Source of the DNA: an uncultured Phycisphaerales bacterium
GTDB lineage: Bacteria > Planctomycetota > Phycisphaerae > Phycisphaerales > SM1A02
Length of the DNA: 64,000 bases
Direction of reading: 5' to 3'
Assembly: GCA_938084645.1 (NCBI GenBank)
Contig: CALKEP010000008.1
Coordinates: 96,001-160,000, forward strand
Below, in pieces: positions 1-10,493 of the stretch. The notes below the pieces were generated by a model, which was given only the letters and a program-made list of their open reading frames with translations, made no database searches and was not told the origin of the DNA. A program made the translations under genes and the position numbers. Numbering within the stretch: the first letter of the stretch is position 1; every line of letters starts with the position of its first letter.

Positions 1-180
1 CGGATCGTCCCAGTTCGGGCTGATGACGTCGAAGAGCCTTCGCCAGGCGTCGTAGGCGTTCTCGTCCTGCGCGGTCGCGGTCGGGGCCACGATCGATGCG
101 ACCACGACCAGCGACGCGACGACCGACCCGAGCTTCGTGACCATCGCGAATCGAAGCGATCGGGAAGGTGTGTCGCGCAT
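1..180 (-). CDS. N-terminal part of a secreted hypothetical protein (runs off the left edge)
   Basis: Reverse strand from ATG at 180 reads MRDTPSRSLRFAMVTKLGSVVASLVVVASIVAPTATAQDENAYDAW..., open to position 1, with a signal-peptide-like ATA|QD. Confidence 0.6.
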   Translation of the reverse strand, partial: MRDTPSRSLRFAMVTKLGSVVASLVVVASIVAPTATAQDENAYDAWRRLFDVISPNWDDP

Positions 181-289
181 GGCCGGAGCCTCCGTCTGGT
201 TCGCTGGATTCGATCACGCCGTTGCTGACCGGTGCGATCCGGATCTTCCGTCATTCATGAAATGGCGAGCATCGGTTCCCGGTGTCCGC

Positions 290-2104
290 TCACCAGCCCG
301 CGGGTCGGCCACCCTTCCGCGGGTCGCTGGCCGGTTCGAGTCCGTCCTCGTGCACCACGATCGCCTGTACGACGCCGACCGCACCGGTCTTCTCGACGGT
401 GTGACCGACCGCCTCGAGTTCCGGGCGGAGCTCGACGATCCCATCTTCGAGTCGAAGCGTGTCGGGGTTCCACTGATGATGGAGGCGGGACGCGTTCACG
501 GCGTCGGCTGCGGACCGACGGCCATGCAGGACCTCGAGGATGACCTGCAGGGTGCCGGTGATGATCCTCGGTCCACCGCTCGCGCCCGCGGTCATGCTGG
601 TGCGACCGTCCTTCACGAGGATCGTCGGCGACATGCTCGAGAGCGGTCGCTTTCCCGGTTCGGGGAGATTCCGGTCCGACTGCCGAAGCCCGAAGAGATT
701 GGCCTCTCCGGGAATGGTGGTGAAGTCGTTCATCTCGTTGTTCAGGACGATTCCGAGCCGCGGCACGGCGAGGAGGGAACCGAAACTGCCGTTGATGGTC
801 TGGGTGCACGCGACGGTCATGCCATCGGCGTCGATGATGCTGAAATGGCTCGTGCCGGTGTCGCGGAGCAGGTCGGCCGTGCCACGCGATTCGATCACGC
901 CACAGGCCTCGGCCGGCATGATCGCATCGAGGTCGATCCGGTCGGCGGCCGCTTCGATGGCGGCGGCGTCCAGGAGCGCATCCACCGGAACGTCGACGAA
1001 GTCCGCATCGGCGAGATGCCGGGCGCGATCCGCGAACGCGTGCCGCATCGACTCGGTGAGCAGGTGTGAATACCGGGCGGAGCCCGGCATGGGGGCGCCC
1101 GCCGAAGGAAGCCGATGCCGCATCATCGAGAGGACCTGGGCGATCGCGATGCCCCCGGAACTCGGCGGCGGCATCAGGATCGCGTCACATCCGTCGAACG
1201 CGTCGCGGATGATCAAGGGGGTTCGCCAGGCGACCCGGTAGTCCCGCAGGTCCGCCGGTTGCAGGACGCCGTCGTAGGCACGGTCGACTCCGGCCACGAG
1301 ATCCGCGGCCCCGTCGGGTCCGGACCAGGCGGCCAGACCTTCCCGGCCGAAGCGTTCGAGGAACACCGCGAGCTCGGGCTGCCGAATCACGTCGCCCGTC
1401 TCGAGGTCGCCGCTGCCGCAGAGACGGTTCCAGACCCAGCGGCTCGTGGGTCTGAGATCGGGATGTCGCGTGCGGGTCCGGCGAACCGCGTCGACCGCGG
1501 CGAGATGATTCGCGTCCACGCGGAATCCGTCCCGGGCCGCGCGGACCGCGGGTTCGACCAGGCGAGCCAGCGGGAGCGAACCGAATCGGTCGTGCGCCGC
1601 GACCATGCCGGGGAGTTGGCCGGGAACCGCGACGGCGCGACCACCGAAGCGGCTCGGGTCGTATCCGCTGGCGGTGGGCGGAAGCGAGACGTAGTAGTCC
1701 GGGCCGACGCCGGCCGGAGAGGTCTCTCGGAAGTCGAGCGCGATCGATTCTCCGGTCGCCGGATCGAACACGAGCATGAACCCGCCGCCACCGAGACCGC
1801 AGGAATAGGGCCGCGTGACGGAGAGCGTGAGGGCGGTGGCGATCGCCGCATCGACCGCGTTGCCTCCGGCCTTCAGGATCTCGACTCCCGCCTCGCTCGC
1901 CAGCGCCGAATCCGCCGCCACGGCTCCATTGGCGAATCGCAGGGGCGGTGGGGTCGGGGGCGATGGTTCCGGGAGCGGTGCTGCATCGGCGTTCGGATCG
2001 ACGGCCACCTTCGTCGAGTCGACGCAACCGGCATTCGCCGACATGATCAGCGACACGAGCAGGGGACCGAGAACAGCAGGGGTGATCCGGAAGACCAGTC
2101 GCAT
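290..2104 (-). CDS. ggt: Gamma-glutamyltransferase, probably exported/lipoprotein
   Basis: Motifs GGNAVDAAIA, GLGGGGF, DFRETSP, catalytic TSHFS, LNNEMNDF, PGKRPLSSMSP, GGPRI, DPRK. Start set at MRLVFR (2104), followed by a hydrophobic stretch and ANAGC. Confidence 0.93.
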   Translation of the reverse strand: MRLVFRITPAVLGPLLVSLIMSANAGCVDSTKVAVDPNADAAPLPEPSPPTPPPLRFANGAVAADSALASEAGVEILKAGGNAVDAAIATALTLSVTRPYSCGLGGGGFMLVFDPATGESIALDFRETSPAGVGPDYYVSLPPTASGYDPSRFGGRAVAVPGQLPGMVAAHDRFGSLPLARLVEPAVRAARDGFRVDANHLAAVDAVRRTRTRHPDLRPTSRWVWNRLCGSGDLETGDVIRQPELAVFLERFGREGLAAWSGPDGAADLVAGVDRAYDGVLQPADLRDYRVAWRTPLIIRDAFDGCDAILMPPPSSGGIAIAQVLSMMRHRLPSAGAPMPGSARYSHLLTESMRHAFADRARHLADADFVDVPVDALLDAAAIEAAADRIDLDAIMPAEACGVIESRGTADLLRDTGTSHFSIIDADGMTVACTQTINGSFGSLLAVPRLGIVLNNEMNDFTTIPGEANLFGLRQSDRNLPEPGKRPLSSMSPTILVKDGRTSMTAGASGGPRIITGTLQVILEVLHGRRSAADAVNASRLHHQWNPDTLRLEDGIVELRPELEAVGHTVEKTGAVGVVQAIVVHEDGLEPASDPRKGGRPAGW

Positions 2105-2151
2105 GCGAGCGCTCCGAGGATTCGATGCGGGAGGACGAAGGAGGCGAGCGG

Positions 2152-2161
2152 AGTCTAGACT
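2152..2161. promoter_or_regulatory. Palindromic AGTCTAGACT giving a TAGACT -10-like box on both strands
   Basis: Perfect 10-bp palindrome between divergent genes; TAGACT recurs upstream of other genes in the window. Confidence 0.4.
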
Positions 2162-2220
2162 GAGAAGGATTCCGTCGTGAGCGGCCATCCCCTCCGTCGA
2201 ACATCCCCGGAGCCACTTCC

Positions 2221-2349
2221 ATGTCCGAAATCGGAATCGAACAGCTCGTTGTCCTCGGTGGCCAAGGGGCTCTGGCGGCGTTCGACCGGCACGACGGCCG
2301 AACAGCCCCGAAGGCCGAAGCGTCCGAGTTCGCGGTGACGCCCCGGTGA
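2221..2349 (+). CDS. 42-aa small ORF or degenerate remnant resembling one PQQ-like propeller blade
   Basis: GGAG 8 nt upstream of the ATG; MSEIGIEQLVVLGGQGALAAFDRHDGRTAPKAEASEFAVTPR*. Confidence 0.35.
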   Translation: MSEIGIEQLVVLGGQGALAAFDRHDGRTAPKAEASEFAVTPR

Positions 2350-2424
2350 TCGTCGGGACGCGGACGAACCGGGACGATGATGCGGTCGCCGCGGGAAACG
2401 CAGGCATGGGAACCTGAAAGCACG

Positions 2425-3588
2425 ATGTCGGACACCTATCTCGACCACAACGCCACGACGCCACCGCTCCCCGCGGTGATCGACGCCATGCTCGATTGCC
2501 TCCGTGGCGATTGGGCGAATCCTTCCAGCACGCATCGCGAGGGAATCGCGGCGCGGCGGCGAATCGAACTCGCGCGAGAGTCCATCGGACGATTGATCGG
2601 TTGCCGGCCGAGGGATCTGCTGCTCTGCTCCGGTGGCACCGAGGCGGCGAATCTCGCGCTGCGGGGTTCACTTCACGCGCAGTCCGGCCGGACCGCGATC
2701 GCGACGAGTCGTCATGAACATTCCGCGGTCCGCGAGACCGCGGAAGCGCTCGGGAAGTCGGGGACGACCGTGCACTGGCTCGAGCATGGCGACGACGGCA
2801 GGATCGATCTCGATGCGCTGGAGACGCTTCTGGTCGCGGAGGGTGAGTCGATCGCGGTGCTCAGCGTGATGTGGGTCAACAACGAGACCGGCGTGATCCA
2901 GCCGGTCCCCGAGATCGGTCGCCTCTGTCGTGAGCACGGGGTTCGATTCCACACCGATGCGGTCCAGGCGGTGGGGCGGATGCCCGTCGACTGCGCTTCG
3001 CTCGACGTCGATCTCCTCTCCTTCGCCGCCCACAAGTTTCACGGGCCGAAGGGGGCGGGGGGGATGTTCGTGTCGCGGGGAACGCGGCTCGCGCCGGGGA
3101 TCACCGGCGGTTCGCAGGAACGTGAGCGGCGTGGAGGCACCGAGAACGTCGCGGCGATCGCCGGCATGGGCGTCGCCGCCGACGCGGCGACGGCGTGGAT
3201 GGAGTCCGCCTCCTGGGCCGAACTCGAGTCTCGTCGAGACGGCTTCGAGGCCGCGGTTCGTGCCGCATGCCCCGAGGTCGCGGTGAACGGCGGCCGGGCG
3301 CCGCGACTGTGGACGACGTCGAATCTCGGTTTTCCTCGGTTGTCGGCGGAGGCGATCCTGATGTCGTTGAGTGAGCGGGGCATCGCGGCGAGTGCCGGCG
3401 CCGCCTGTGCGAGTGGTTCCCTCGAACCATCGCCCATCCTGCTCGCGATGGGCGTGCCGGAGGCGATCGCCCACGGCTCGGTGCGATTCTCCTTCTCGCG
3501 GGAGACCACGAACGACGAGATCGCGCGGGGCGTCGCCGCGATCGGCGAGGTGGTCGAGCGTCTTGCTCGCGACTTGCCCGCATCCTGA
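2425..3588 (+). CDS. iscS: Cysteine desulfurase, group I (IscS/NifS family)
   Basis: YLDHNATT, ANPSS, SGGTEA, NNETG, HTDAVQ, PLP lysine in AHKFHGPKG, RGGTEN, SAGAACASG. Confidence 0.9.
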   Translation: MSDTYLDHNATTPPLPAVIDAMLDCLRGDWANPSSTHREGIAARRRIELARESIGRLIGCRPRDLLLCSGGTEAANLALRGSLHAQSGRTAIATSRHEHSAVRETAEALGKSGTTVHWLEHGDDGRIDLDALETLLVAEGESIAVLSVMWVNNETGVIQPVPEIGRLCREHGVRFHTDAVQAVGRMPVDCASLDVDLLSFAAHKFHGPKGAGGMFVSRGTRLAPGITGGSQERERRGGTENVAAIAGMGVAADAATAWMESASWAELESRRDGFEAAVRAACPEVAVNGGRAPRLWTTSNLGFPRLSAEAILMSLSERGIAASAGAACASGSLEPSPILLAMGVPEAIAHGSVRFSFSRETTNDEIARGVAAIGEVVERLARDLPAS

Positions 3589-3623
3589 GCCGAACACACT
3601 CGATTCGCGGGAGCGGCGTTTCC

Positions 3624-5288
3624 TCAATGCCGGCCGCGAAGCTCCCGGTACTTCCGAATCAGTGAATTCGTCGACGAGTCGTGGCCGAGTTTCGGGCGGT
3701 CCTTCGACTTCAGCTCCGGGATCATCGCCTGGGCGAGTTTCTTGCCCAGCTCGACCCCCCACTGATCGAACGAGTTGATTCGCCAGATCGATCCCTGCAC
3801 GAAGACCTTGTGCTCGTAGAGGGCGATGAGCCGACCGAGCATGCGCGGGGTCAGCTTGTCGCAGAGGAAGGTGCTGGTGGGACGGTTTCCCTCCATCTCC
3901 TTGTGCGGGGCGAGCCACGCGGGGACGCCTTCCGCCTCGATGTCGGCGACGCTCTTTCCGAACGCCAGCGCCTCGGTCTGGGCGAAGACGTTGGCCACCA
4001 GCTTGTCGTGATGATCGCCGATCCTGTTCACCGGGTCCGCGAACACGATGAAGTCCGCCGGCACCATGCGGGTCCCCTGGTGGATCATCTGATAGAAGGC
4101 GTGCTGGCCGTTGGTCCCGGGCTGGCCCCAGATCGCGGGGCAGGTCCCCCAGCCGACGTGCTTGCCGTCGAGCTGGGTGTGCTTGCCGTTGGATTCCATC
4201 TCCAGTTGCTGGAGGTAGGCGCTGAACCGATCGAGATACTGGTCGTACGGCAGGATCGCCACCGTGCCCGCATCCCAGAAGTCCGCGTACCAGAGGCCGA
4301 TGAGGGCCTGGATCATCGGCAGGTTCCGGGTCATCGGCGTCTTCCGGAAGTGCTCGTCCATGTCGTGGAAGCCGTCGAGCAGCTCGCGGAACCGCTTCGG
4401 TCCGATCGCGATCATGGTGCTCAGGCCGACCGCGGAATCCATCGAGTACCGGCCGCCGACCCAGTCCCAGAATCCGAACATGTTCCGGGTGTCGATGCCG
4501 AACTTCGCGACCTCCTCCGCGTTGGTCGAGACGGCGACGAAGTGCTTCGCGCTCGCGGCCGCGTCGCCGTCGAAGGCCTTGAGGACCCACTTTCGGGCGG
4601 TGTGGGCGTTGGTCATCGTCTCGAGCGTGGTGAAGGTCTTGCTGCAGACGATGAAGAGCGTCTCCTCGGGATCGAGATCGAGCGTCTTCTCGTGGAAGTC
4701 GTTGGCGTCGACATTGGAGACGAAGCGGACCGTGAGCCCGCGATCGGAGTATTTCCGGAGGGCGTCGTAGGCCATGGCGGGGCCGAGGTCGCTGCCGCCG
4801 ATGCCGATGTTCACGACGTTCCGGATGGGGCGGCCCGAATGACCGAGCCAGCGTCCGCGCCGGATCTTGTTGGCGAAGGCGCCCATGCGTCGGAGGACTT
4901 CGTGGACCGCGGGCACGACGTTCTCGCCGTCCACCTCGATGATCGCGTCCGCCGGCGCTCGAAGCGCCGTGTGCAGGACCGCCCGATCCTCGGTGATGTT
5001 GATCTTCTCGCCCTTGAACATCGCGTTCCGATGCTTCTCGACCCCGGCGGCGCGGGCGAGCTCGAAGAGGAGCTTCATGGTCTCGGCGTCGACGAGGTGC
5101 TTGGACCAGTCGAAGTGGATCCCCAGGGCCTCGGTCGAGCATCGGGTCCCCCGTCGGCGATCGGCGGCGAAGAGTTCGGTGAGCGAGGTCCGCCCCATCT
5201 TCTTCCGGTGGCGTGCCAGTGCCTTCCACTCCGGAAGCCGGTCGATTCGGGGACGATCGATGATGCTCTTGACGCTCTTCGCGGTCAT
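3624..5288 (-). CDS. pgi: Glucose-6-phosphate isomerase
   Basis: [59 protein letters not shown]. Confidence 0.98.
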   Translation of the reverse strand: MTAKSVKSIIDRPRIDRLPEWKALARHRKKMGRTSLTELFAADRRRGTRCSTEALGIHFDWSKHLVDAETMKLLFELARAAGVEKHRNAMFKGEKINITEDRAVLHTALRAPADAIIEVDGENVVPAVHEVLRRMGAFANKIRRGRWLGHSGRPIRNVVNIGIGGSDLGPAMAYDALRKYSDRGLTVRFVSNVDANDFHEKTLDLDPEETLFIVCSKTFTTLETMTNAHTARKWVLKAFDGDAAASAKHFVAVSTNAEEVAKFGIDTRNMFGFWDWVGGRYSMDSAVGLSTMIAIGPKRFRELLDGFHDMDEHFRKTPMTRNLPMIQALIGLWYADFWDAGTVAILPYDQYLDRFSAYLQQLEMESNGKHTQLDGKHVGWGTCPAIWGQPGTNGQHAFYQMIHQGTRMVPADFIVFADPVNRIGDHHDKLVANVFAQTEALAFGKSVADIEAEGVPAWLAPHKEMEGNRPTSTFLCDKLTPRMLGRLIALYEHKVFVQGSIWRINSFDQWGVELGKKLAQAMIPELKSKDRPKLGHDSSTNSLIRKYRELRGRH

Positions 5289-5434
5289 GGTCGGCTCGCT
5301 CCGGTCGGGGTCGTTCGGGGGTGGCGGCGATCCGCCGATTGTTCCCGTGATACGCTGCGGCTCGAAACTACCAGAACCCGACCGGGATCGTTCCCGTCGG
5401 AACGACCGGACGCACGAACCTCGAGGATTCTCCG

Positions 5435-6517
5435 ATGCCCGCGACCCGCGATCTTCACGAACTCGGCCAGAGCCTCTGGCTCGACAACATCACCCGCGAG
5501 ATCCTCGACGACGGGACGCTGCAGCGATACATCGACGACCTGTCGGTCACCGGACTCACGTCCAATCCCTCGATCTTTCAGAAGGCGATCGGAGGGTCCG
5601 ACGGCTACGACGATCAGATCCGGGAACTGCTCGGGCAGGGGCTCGACACCGAGCCGCTCTTCTTCGAACTCGCCATTCGTGATCTTCAGCGGGCGGCGGA
5701 CCTCTTCAAGCCGATCCACGAGGCGACCGACGGGGTCGACGGCTGGGTGAGTCTCGAGGTCTCGCCGCTGCTCGCCAACGACACCGAGAACACGATCACC
5801 CAGGCGAAGGAACTTCACGCCAAGGCCGGACGTGACAACCTCTTCATCAAGGTCCCCGGGACCCGCGAGGGTCTGCCCGCGATCGAGGAACTGATCTTCG
5901 CCGGCGTTCCGGTCAACGTGACGCTGCTCTTCTCCCGCGAGCATTATCTCGCCGCGGCGGAGGCCTACACCCGAGGCGTCGAACGCCGTGTGGCGGCCGG
6001 GCTCGATCCGTTCGTCTGCTCCGTCGCGAGCCTCTTCATCTCGCGATGGGACAAGGGGACGGCCGACGTGCTCGAAGGCGATCTCAAGAACGCGGCGGGC
6101 ATCGCGATCGGCGAGCGGACCTACAAGTCCTTCCACGAATTCATCAACGGCGAACGGTGGGCCGAGCTCAAGGAGCACGGTGCGAAGCCCCAGCGGCTGC
6201 TGATGGCGAGCACCGGCACCAAGGATCCGGCGTTGCCCGACACGCTCTACGTCACCTCGCTGGCGGCGCCCGACACCGTGAACACCATGCCCGAGAAGAC
6301 GCTCCTCGCCTTCGCGGATCATGGCGTGCTCGACGGCCCGATGCCGCTCGACGGTGGTGATTGCGAAGCGGTGCTCGCTGGAATCACCCGGGCTGGAGTG
6401 GATCTCGACGCGCTGGCGGAACGACTCCAGGTCGAGGGTCGGGACTCCTTCGATGCGGCATGGCATGCGATGATCGCGGACATCGCGGCCAAGGCCGAGG
6501 CGGTCGGCAAGGGCTGA
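5435..6517 (+). CDS. tal: Transaldolase (~360-aa type)
   Basis: [30 protein letters not shown] (Schiff-base Lys), [28 protein letters not shown]. Confidence 0.96.
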   Translation: MPATRDLHELGQSLWLDNITREILDDGTLQRYIDDLSVTGLTSNPSIFQKAIGGSDGYDDQIRELLGQGLDTEPLFFELAIRDLQRAADLFKPIHEATDGVDGWVSLEVSPLLANDTENTITQAKELHAKAGRDNLFIKVPGTREGLPAIEELIFAGVPVNVTLLFSREHYLAAAEAYTRGVERRVAAGLDPFVCSVASLFISRWDKGTADVLEGDLKNAAGIAIGERTYKSFHEFINGERWAELKEHGAKPQRLLMASTGTKDPALPDTLYVTSLAAPDTVNTMPEKTLLAFADHGVLDGPMPLDGGDCEAVLAGITRAGVDLDALAERLQVEGRDSFDAAWHAMIADIAAKAEAVGKG

Positions 6518-6635
6518 TCGTGCAGGGCAGCGGCCCGAATCCCGGCGAGCCCGGGCGATGACAACCCCGCCCCGTCCGGAAGGCCCGGTGTCTCCAGGAC
6601 CGGTACGGGCGGGACAACCCCAGAACGGCAGTCGC

Positions 6636-7940
6636 GTGAACAAACTCCTCGACGAACTCACCTGGCGCGGATTGCTGCACCAGAGCACCTCGGAATTCCT
6701 CGGCGACCATCTCGCGGCGGAATCCCGCCACGGGTACGTCGGATTCGATCCGACCGCCGACAGTCTCACGATCGGCAATCTCGTGCCGATCATGCTGCTC
6801 GCCCACTTCCAGCGGGCCGGGCATCATCCGGTGGTGGTGATGGGCGGCGGCACCGGTCTGATCGGCGATCCGTCCGGCAAGAGCGCGGAGCGACCGCTGC
6901 TGACGGCGGAGCAGGTCGCCCGGAACGTGGAGGCCCAGCGATCGATCTTCGAGCGGGTCCTCGATTTCTCGGAGTCGTGCGGGAATCGCGCCGTGATCGT
7001 GGACAACCTCGAATGGCTCTCGCGAATCGGCTTCATCGAGCTTCTCCGCGACGTCGGGAAGCACTTCTCGGTGAACGTGATGATGCAGAAGGAGTCGGTG
7101 AGTTCACGCCTGAACGAGCGTGAGCAGGGGATCAGCTACACCGAGTTCAGCTATCAGATCCTGCAGGCCTACGACTTCCTTCATCTCCATCGCACCCGGG
7201 GCGTGACGATCCAGATGGGCGGGAGCGATCAGTACGGCAACATCGTCGCGGGGATCGATCTCACCCGTCGTCTGGAGCGGAAGGACGACGGAGATGGCGT
7301 CGAGACGTTCGGGCTCACGTCACCGCTGGTCACCAAGGCGGATGGGGGCAAGTTCGGCAAGTCCGAGACCGGGGCGATCTGGCTCACGGCGGACCGCACC
7401 AGCCCGTATCGGTTCCACCAGTTCTGGCTGAATTCGTCCGACGAGGACGTGATCAACTTCCTGAAGTGGTTCACCTTCCTCGGCCGCGAGGAGATCGAGG
7501 CCCTCGCCGCCGCGAACGTCGACCGTCCGCAGGAGCGGGCGGCCCAGCGGCGTCTGGCGGACGAGGTCACGGCCATGATGCACGGCGCCGCCGCGGTCGA
7601 CTCGGCGCGGGCCGCGGCCGCAGCGCTCTTCAGTGGCGAGGTCCGGGGCCTCGACGCCCCGACCCTGCAGGCGATCGCGGAGGATCTTCGATCCGAAACG
7701 ATGTCGCGTCGCGACCTTCTCGGGGCGGAGCCGCCGACCATCGGTGCGGCCCTGCGATCCCTCGGTCTCGCGTCGAGCAACCGCGAGGTCCGGGAGTTCA
7801 TCAAGAGCGGCGCCGTCCGGATCAACGGTGACCCGGTCGCGGAGGATCGCCCGCTGGACGCGGATGATCTCCTGCACGACGCCTGCACCCTGCTCCGACG
7901 GGGCCGGAAGAACTGGGGCGTGATCACCTGGGTGGATTGA
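6636..7940 (+). CDS. tyrS: Tyrosine--tRNA ligase (start GTG 6636 or ATG 6558)
   Basis: YVGFDPTADSL, IGDPSGK, ISYTEFSYQILQAYDF, QMGGSDQYGNI, KFGKSE, C-terminal S4-like domain. Confidence 0.97.
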   Translation: MNKLLDELTWRGLLHQSTSEFLGDHLAAESRHGYVGFDPTADSLTIGNLVPIMLLAHFQRAGHHPVVVMGGGTGLIGDPSGKSAERPLLTAEQVARNVEAQRSIFERVLDFSESCGNRAVIVDNLEWLSRIGFIELLRDVGKHFSVNVMMQKESVSSRLNEREQGISYTEFSYQILQAYDFLHLHRTRGVTIQMGGSDQYGNIVAGIDLTRRLERKDDGDGVETFGLTSPLVTKADGGKFGKSETGAIWLTADRTSPYRFHQFWLNSSDEDVINFLKWFTFLGREEIEALAAANVDRPQERAAQRRLADEVTAMMHGAAAVDSARAAAAALFSGEVRGLDAPTLQAIAEDLRSETMSRRDLLGAEPPTIGAALRSLGLASSNREVREFIKSGAVRINGDPVAEDRPLDADDLLHDACTLLRRGRKNWGVITWVD

Positions 7941-7982
7941 TGAACCGTCCGCCCGCTCGACTCGAAGCGGCACGGGACCCGG

Positions 7983-9017
7983 TCAGGGCTGTCGCACGCG
8001 ATCTTCGATCCTGATCGAGATGGTGGGACTGGTATCGGGCTTCTCGCCGATGCGGGCGACCTCGACGCCCCGGGGAAGCCGCCACATCGAGATCCTCGTC
8101 TCCTGGATCCGGTTCGCGAGGTCGTCGCTGGTCAGGTGGATGAACGCGATCACGTTCGCGCGGCCGTTCGCCACGTCGTCGATCGCCGCCTTCGGCCCCC
8201 GAAGCGTCACGTCGCGGAGGAAGACCGAGGCCGGGTCGATGGTCACTTCGTACTGGTCGAGGTCGGCGGGTGGGCCCGAGACCTGGACGGGGATCGAAGG
8301 CACCACGATCGAGGCGTCGGTCGACACGAGATCGAGACCGACCCGGGCCTTCCGAGGGGTCATTCGGATCGCGTCCGACTGGCCGTCGATCCGTTCGGGA
8401 AGCACGAGCACCACTTCCAGTTCATGTCGTCGGCCCGGTGCGAGGTCGGCGACGTCGGCGTCATCGACGAGGGCGGTGACCGACAGGCCGGGAAGATCGG
8501 CGAGGGTGGTGGGAAGCAGGAGTTCCACCTCGGCGGGGACGACGTCGACGGCATTGGTGGTCTGCACGCCGTCGGGCAGATCAACGACGACCGGAACCCG
8601 TCGACGCTCCAGCGACTCGATCGTGATCCGGGCCGTCTGGGGATCCGCGGCCAGCACGGTCACCGCGATCTCGTCCGCGTCGAGGAACGCCTGGCCGAGC
8701 GCCAGGAGATCGATCTCGTGTTCGCCAGGCGCGGAGGGGACTCCAAGGGTGCCGATGGGGACCTCCAGCGCTTCCCGGAAGCGGGAGGCGACCGCGTCGA
8801 CCTCGCGTCGCGGACCTCTGACCTGGAAACTGACCGAGGTGAGCTCTTCGGGGGAGATGCGAACCGAATCCCTCGTCTGGCCGGTGAAACGAAGATCGGA
8901 GAAGGACGTGATCTCCTCCCGGGTCTCGCCCGCCGCCCAGATCCAGATGAGGACGGTGACCAGGGTGACCGTCACCAGATTGGTGATGCGCTCGCGTCGG
9001 GTCTCCATGTCTGCCAT
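7983..9017 (-). CDS. CdaR/YbbR-like membrane-anchored protein
   Basis: N-terminal TM helix ending IWIWA; repeated beta-rich V.V.GP units; immediately downstream of cdaA. Confidence 0.7.
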   Translation of the reverse strand: MADMETRRERITNLVTVTLVTVLIWIWAAGETREEITSFSDLRFTGQTRDSVRISPEELTSVSFQVRGPRREVDAVASRFREALEVPIGTLGVPSAPGEHEIDLLALGQAFLDADEIAVTVLAADPQTARITIESLERRRVPVVVDLPDGVQTTNAVDVVPAEVELLLPTTLADLPGLSVTALVDDADVADLAPGRRHELEVVLVLPERIDGQSDAIRMTPRKARVGLDLVSTDASIVVPSIPVQVSGPPADLDQYEVTIDPASVFLRDVTLRGPKAAIDDVANGRANVIAFIHLTSDDLANRIQETRISMWRLPRGVEVARIGEKPDTSPTISIRIEDRVRQP

Positions 9018-9018
9018 G

Positions 9019-9855
9019 TCAGGCGATCTCCTCTGTCTCGTTCGGCGCCGTCGTTTCACGGACGGCGGAGAAACGCCGCGTGAACTCCTCGGCGAATCGC
9101 TCCCGCGCGATCGGAGGGGAGAGGATGCCATCTTCCGCGATTCGAACCCGCCCGTTCTCCTCGCTCACGACCACGACCAGGCAGTCGGAATCGAGCGTGA
9201 CGCCGACCGCCGCCCGGTGGCGGCTTCCCAACTGGCTGGGCACCATCCCCGAGGGCGCCAACGGCAGCTGGACCTTCGCCGCCGCGATTCGATCGCCGCG
9301 GACCACCACCGCCAGGTCGTGGAGCGGGTTGTTCGGATAGAAGATCGACTGGAGCAGCCGCGGGTCGGCGAGGGCGTCGATCGGCACCGAGTTCCGAAGC
9401 AGGGACTCGAGCCCGAGCGTCCGTTCGAAGACGATGATCGCGCCGAACTGGCTCTTCGCGAGAAAATCGACCGCCTCGGTCACCGCGGTCACCACCCGGT
9501 CCCGGGCCACCGGGCTCTTCCCGAAGATCTTCGCGCGGCCCAGCGTGATCATCGCCTGCCGAAGTTCGGGCTGGAACACCACGACCAGCATGATCGCGAC
9601 GAGGCCGACCACCCGGTCGCCGAGGAAACGGACCCGGCCCAGCGTGTCGCTCGCATCGCCGGTCAGCCGGAGGAGGATCGCCACCACCACCACCAGCACC
9701 GCAAAGCCGCGAATGACGCCGGCGCCGCTCGAGCGACGAAGGAACCGGAGGATCATCCAGACGACCAGCCAGATGATCGACAGCTCGACGACGAGCTCGA
9801 TGGGCTCGTAGCCACGGAAAACGTCGAGGAATGCTGGAAGTCGAAGGCTGTCCAT
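9019..9855 (-). CDS. cdaA: Diadenylate cyclase CdaA (3 TM + DisA_N/DAC domain)
   Basis: VVFQPELR, GAIIVFER, SIFYPNNPLHD, LPL, LGSRHRAAVG, VVVSEENG. Confidence 0.9.
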   Translation of the reverse strand: MDSLRLPAFLDVFRGYEPIELVVELSIIWLVVWMILRFLRRSSGAGVIRGFAVLVVVVAILLRLTGDASDTLGRVRFLGDRVVGLVAIMLVVVFQPELRQAMITLGRAKIFGKSPVARDRVVTAVTEAVDFLAKSQFGAIIVFERTLGLESLLRNSVPIDALADPRLLQSIFYPNNPLHDLAVVVRGDRIAAAKVQLPLAPSGMVPSQLGSRHRAAVGVTLDSDCLVVVVSEENGRVRIAEDGILSPPIARERFAEEFTRRFSAVRETTAPNETEEIA

Positions 9856-9928
9856 GCTCGGGACCGAGTATATCGAAGCGGGCGCGGGAGGCCGTTCGGG
9901 CCGGGGCCGGCTCGGCTAGGATGGAAGC

Positions 9929-10486
9929 ATGTCGACGATGTTGAAGGGTCTGGTGATCGGTCGGTCCACGGGACGTTGTGCCGAGACGGAGGCGGAGCTC
10001 GCGGTGGGGACACCGTGCATCGCCGCGTTGGTGCGTCCGCTGGCGACCGAGACGCGAACGGATCGCCCCGTGCTCGAGCGGCTCGATTTCGAGCCCGGAG
10101 CCTGGGAGGCCGGTGACGCGGCGCGTCGCCTCGGTGACCGATTGCTCTGCTGGTGGCGGACCGAGATCCCGGATCCCGGATCCAAACGGCAGATGTTCGT
10201 CGACGACGAGACGCTCGTGGACCTCTTCGAACGCATGGTCGCGGAGGAGGAGGCGGACCCCGGTCGCCGGGCGTTCCGGTTCGTCCTCGGCCTCATCCTG
10301 CTTCGGCGGCGGAAGATCCGCATGGTGGATCGAAGACGCGAGGGGGATGACGATCTCTGGGTGCTGAAGCGGGTCGGTGGCGGTGACGATGCGCCCCTGT
10401 GGTCCGTCACGGATCCCCGGCTCTCCGACGAAGACGCCGATGCGATCGCCGAGCAGTTGTCGACCATCCTCGCGGACGAGGGGTGA
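9929..10486 (+). CDS. Hypothetical protein
   Basis: 185-aa ORF with typical codon usage; TAGGAT box 6 nt upstream; first gene of a tight 3-gene run. Confidence 0.75.
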   Translation: MSTMLKGLVIGRSTGRCAETEAELAVGTPCIAALVRPLATETRTDRPVLERLDFEPGAWEAGDAARRLGDRLLCWWRTEIPDPGSKRQMFVDDETLVDLFERMVAEEEADPGRRAFRFVLGLILLRRRKIRMVDRRREGDDDLWVLKRVGGGDDAPLWSVTDPRLSDEDADAIAEQLSTILADEG

Positions 10487-10493
10487 AGCCTTG

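Noticed and set aside
3624..6517. Divergent pgi/tal pair as a split Tal-Pgi fusion
   Set aside because: The genes are on opposite strands and both are complete; ordinary metabolic clustering
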